DNA of 55,659 nt, from positions 1 to 55,659 of the forward strand of contig CAXHJY010000036.1 of the NCBI GenBank assembly GCA_964016885.1, read 5' to 3'. The DNA is from Eledone cirrhosa (taxonomy: Eukaryota). Shown piece after piece: positions 52,496 to 55,659 of the stretch. The first letter of the stretch is position 1, and every line of letters starts with the position of its first letter. Both the position numbers and the translations under genes were made by a program. Under the pieces are notes generated by a model. The model ran no database searches, had not been told where the DNA came from, and was given only the letters and a program-made list of their open reading frames with translations.

Positions 52496-53419
52496 TTAAT
52501 TGTAAGTTGTGATGTTGCTGTTCCACTCATATTTTCTATTTAATTTTGGTTTTAATTCTTTTATGCTTACTGCCTCTGTAATTTGCCTAAACATTGCGTC
52601 TTTCTTGTGTGTGGATTCTATTTTTATTTCTATGCTCTCTAATTTACCCCTGTGTTCTATCTTAGCATGTTGGTAGAGCACAGATGATTCTTTACTATCT
52701 TGGAGGTCTCGCCAGTGTTCATTTATTCGTTCCCCTATACTACGAGCTGTCTCACCTATGTACACTATATTTTTGTTTCTACATTGTCCCTCAGTACATT
52801 GTCCCTCAGTACATCTTATGCTATATACTACATTTCTAGTTTTACAGTTAATATGGGGGCTTATTTTACAGGTTATACATTTCTTATCTATACATGAGGG
52901 TCTTTGGAACGGGTATGTCTTGCTAATAAGTGTTTTTACGGAGGTACCAGGTCTTTCTACTATCTTAATATTGAGATTATGTTTCTTTAGGGCCCTTCTA
53001 AATTTGTAGGCTAGTTCACCTCTAGGGGTTGTATTGATGAACATTACACTCTGGTATTTATTGCTATCATACCATGAGTTTATTCTATTGGCCTTGTTCT
53101 TAGTTCTTTCTATTCTATTCCAAAATTTGCTCCTATACAAGGGGCAGGTCCCATTTATGTCATTATTTACCATTTTTTCCCATTTGGTTCTGGCTCCTTT
53201 ATACACTCTGATTCTATCTCTCTGATTGTAGCCAGAGAACTGCATACGGTGGATGAAGTGTTGTATGTGTCTCTCTAGTTCTTCGGGGTTGCACATGCGG
53301 GACACATTTCTCATCACCCGTACCAAATCCGCAATCAGTATGTTGATTTTGGTATGGTCCGAAATGGCCGAGTTTCGGTGGATCAGATGTTTGGAAGTCA
53401 TGGGTTTGGCATAATGGGA
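52496..53419 (-). CDS. PLE ORF, partial (RT thumb, linker, GIY-YIG endonuclease), with a 5-aa CTEGQ duplication
   Basis: HYAKPMTS..SA..K..LIADLVRVMRN..SGY; VVY..C..YIGETAR..R..EH. Confidence 0.88.
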   Translation of the reverse strand, partial: SHYAKPMTSKHLIHRNSAISDHTKINILIADLVRVMRNVSRMCNPEELERHIQHFIHRMQFSGYNQRDRIRVYKGARTKWEKMVNNDINGTCPLYRSKFWNRIERTKNKANRINSWYDSNKYQSVMFINTTPRGELAYKFRRALKKHNLNIKIVERPGTSVKTLISKTYPFQRPSCIDKKCITCKISPHINCKTRNVVYSIRCTEGQCTEGQCRNKNIVYIGETARSIGERINEHWRDLQDSKESSVLYQHAKIEHRGKLESIEIKIESTHKKDAMFRQITEAVSIKELKPKLNRKYEWNSNITTYN

Positions 53420-53431
53420 ATGGAGGATAAT

Positions 53432-54340
53432 TCCCATTATGCCAAACCCATGACTTCCAAACATCTGATCCACCGAAACTCGGCCATTTCGGACCATACC
53501 AAAATCAACATACTGATTGCGGATTTGGTACGGGTGATGAGAAATGTGTCCCGCATGTGCAACCCCGAAGAACTAGAGAGACACATACAACACTTCATCC
53601 ACCGTATGCAGTTCTCTGGCTACAATCAGAGAGATAGAATCAGAGTGTATAAAGGAGCCAGAACCAAATGGGAAAAAATGGTAAATAATGACATAAATGG
53701 GACCTGCCCCTTGTATAGGAGCAAATTTTGGAATAGAATAGAAAGAACTAAGAACAAGGCCAATAGAATAAACTCATGGTATGATAGCAATAAATACCAG
53801 AGTGTAATGTTCATCAATACAACCCCTAGAGGTGAACTAGCCTACAAATTTAGAAGGGCCCTAAAGAAACATAATCTCAATATTAAGATAGTAGAAAGAC
53901 CTGGTACCTCCGTAAAAACACTTATTAGCAAGACATACCCGTTCCAAAGACCCTCATGTATAGATAAGAAATGTATAACCTGTAAAATAAGCCCCCATAT
54001 TAACTGTAAAACTAGAAATGTAGTATATAGCATAAGATGTACTGAGGGACAATGTAGAAACAAAAATATAGTGTACATAGGTGAGACAGCTCGTAGTATA
54101 GGGGAACGAATAAATGAACACTGGCGAGACCTCCAAGATAGTAAAGAATCATCTGTGCTCTACCAACATGCTAAGATAGAACACAGGGGTAAATTAGAGA
54201 GCATAGAAATAAAAATAGAATCCACACACAAGAAAGACGCAATGTTTAGGCAAATTACAGAGGCAGTAAGCATAAAAGAATTAAAACCAAAATTAAATAG
54301 AAAATATGAGTGGAACAGCAACATCACAACTTACAATTAA
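53432..54340 (+). CDS. PLE ORF, partial (RT thumb, linker, GIY-YIG endonuclease)
   Basis: Same motifs; open to the stop codon; the annotated Met at 53354 lies in the opposite arm. Confidence 0.88.
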   Translation, partial: SHYAKPMTSKHLIHRNSAISDHTKINILIADLVRVMRNVSRMCNPEELERHIQHFIHRMQFSGYNQRDRIRVYKGARTKWEKMVNNDINGTCPLYRSKFWNRIERTKNKANRINSWYDSNKYQSVMFINTTPRGELAYKFRRALKKHNLNIKIVERPGTSVKTLISKTYPFQRPSCIDKKCITCKISPHINCKTRNVVYSIRCTEGQCRNKNIVYIGETARSIGERINEHWRDLQDSKESSVLYQHAKIEHRGKLESIEIKIESTHKKDAMFRQITEAVSIKELKPKLNRKYEWNSNITTYN

Positions 54341-54542
54341 GGACAAAATGAAAACACACACACACATATATAAACAACTTACAGTTGAAAACACACACAA
54401 AATGAAAACACACACAAGACAAAATGAAAACACACACACACATAGAACAAACAACCAACCAACAATAAATAAATAAATAAACAAACAAATATAAATATAA
54501 AAATAGAAAAATAGAAAAATGAACACAAACACACACAGACAC

Positions 54543-54598
54543 CCGGATGTGGCGCATGCGCAAACTGAGCACGCAACCCACACACAAACAAAATGGCG
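54543..54598 (+). promoter_or_regulatory. Putative pLTR promoter motifs (ETS-, NRF1- and YY1-like)
   Basis: CCGGATGT, GCGCATGCGC and AAAATGGCG clustered just upstream of the hammerhead. Confidence 0.35.
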
Positions 54599-54644
54599 TA
54601 GGATAGAAGAAAGGAAAGGCACAGAAACGAAGAAAGAAATCCCC

Positions 54645-54689
54645 AGTCACTGAAGAGGTCACAGAGTGTGTGACGAAAGAACTATGACT
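54645..54689 (+). ncRNA. Hammerhead ribozyme motif in the PLE pLTR
   Basis: AGUCA-CUGAAGA-G-GUCAC..GUGAC-GAAAG-AA-CUA-UGACU. Confidence 0.78.
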
Positions 54690-54848
54690 ATATATATATA
54701 AACAACTATCTGGTTGTGGAACCAACCAACCAACCAGAAATTTATAAATTTGTAAATTTATAAATATATATTAAATTAAATTGAAGTGAAAGCTACTGGT
54801 GCGTGTGTTTCTTATTGGCAACATGACCCTCCCAAAGTATAACAATAT

Positions 54849-55659
<811 letters not shown>

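Larger units (their letters stand above)
51931..54848. mobile_element. Palindromic 5'-truncated Penelope-like element
   Basis: Arms 51988-53421 and 53430-54848 with an 8-nt spacer; ~57-nt extra tail on the left arm. Confidence 0.92.

Noticed and set aside
53354-53431. N-terminus MVRNGRVSVDQMFG of the PLE ORFs
   Set aside because: Antisense read-through of the opposite palindrome arm, not native protein
54341-54640. SECIS element, as reported for some Naiad PLEs
   Set aside because: No in-frame TGA in the preserved ORF and no pairing around the ATGA motifs

Overview
Eukaryotic, very AT-rich, repeat-saturated DNA with no recognisable host gene. The SINE and repeat signature suggests a cephalopod such as Octopus (inference, not verified). 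Almost all long ORFs in the track are artefacts of (TA)n/(TATG)n microsatellites or of a G/T-rich satellite (27.1-34.0 kb). Real coding remnants all come from transposons: two near-identical 5'-truncated Penelope-like elements (PLE; RT thumb plus GIY-YIG endonuclease), one of which forms a ~2.9-kb palindrome, several RTE LINE fragments, a Tx1/L1 fragment, a CRE-like fragment and a hAT relic. tRNA-derived SINEs, mariner/pogo/piggyBac MITEs and a non-autonomous Helitron are also present. The main observation is that (TA)n tracts across the window host about 10 different families of short non-coding fold-back elements. These carry type I hammerhead-ribozyme cores (CUGANGA-stem II-GAAA-palindromic stem III-UH) and share one architecture with the coding PLEs: a short inverted arm ending at an internal TATA/ATAT and a long arm with a tail. 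All structures were assigned by eye and no ribozyme activity has been shown.
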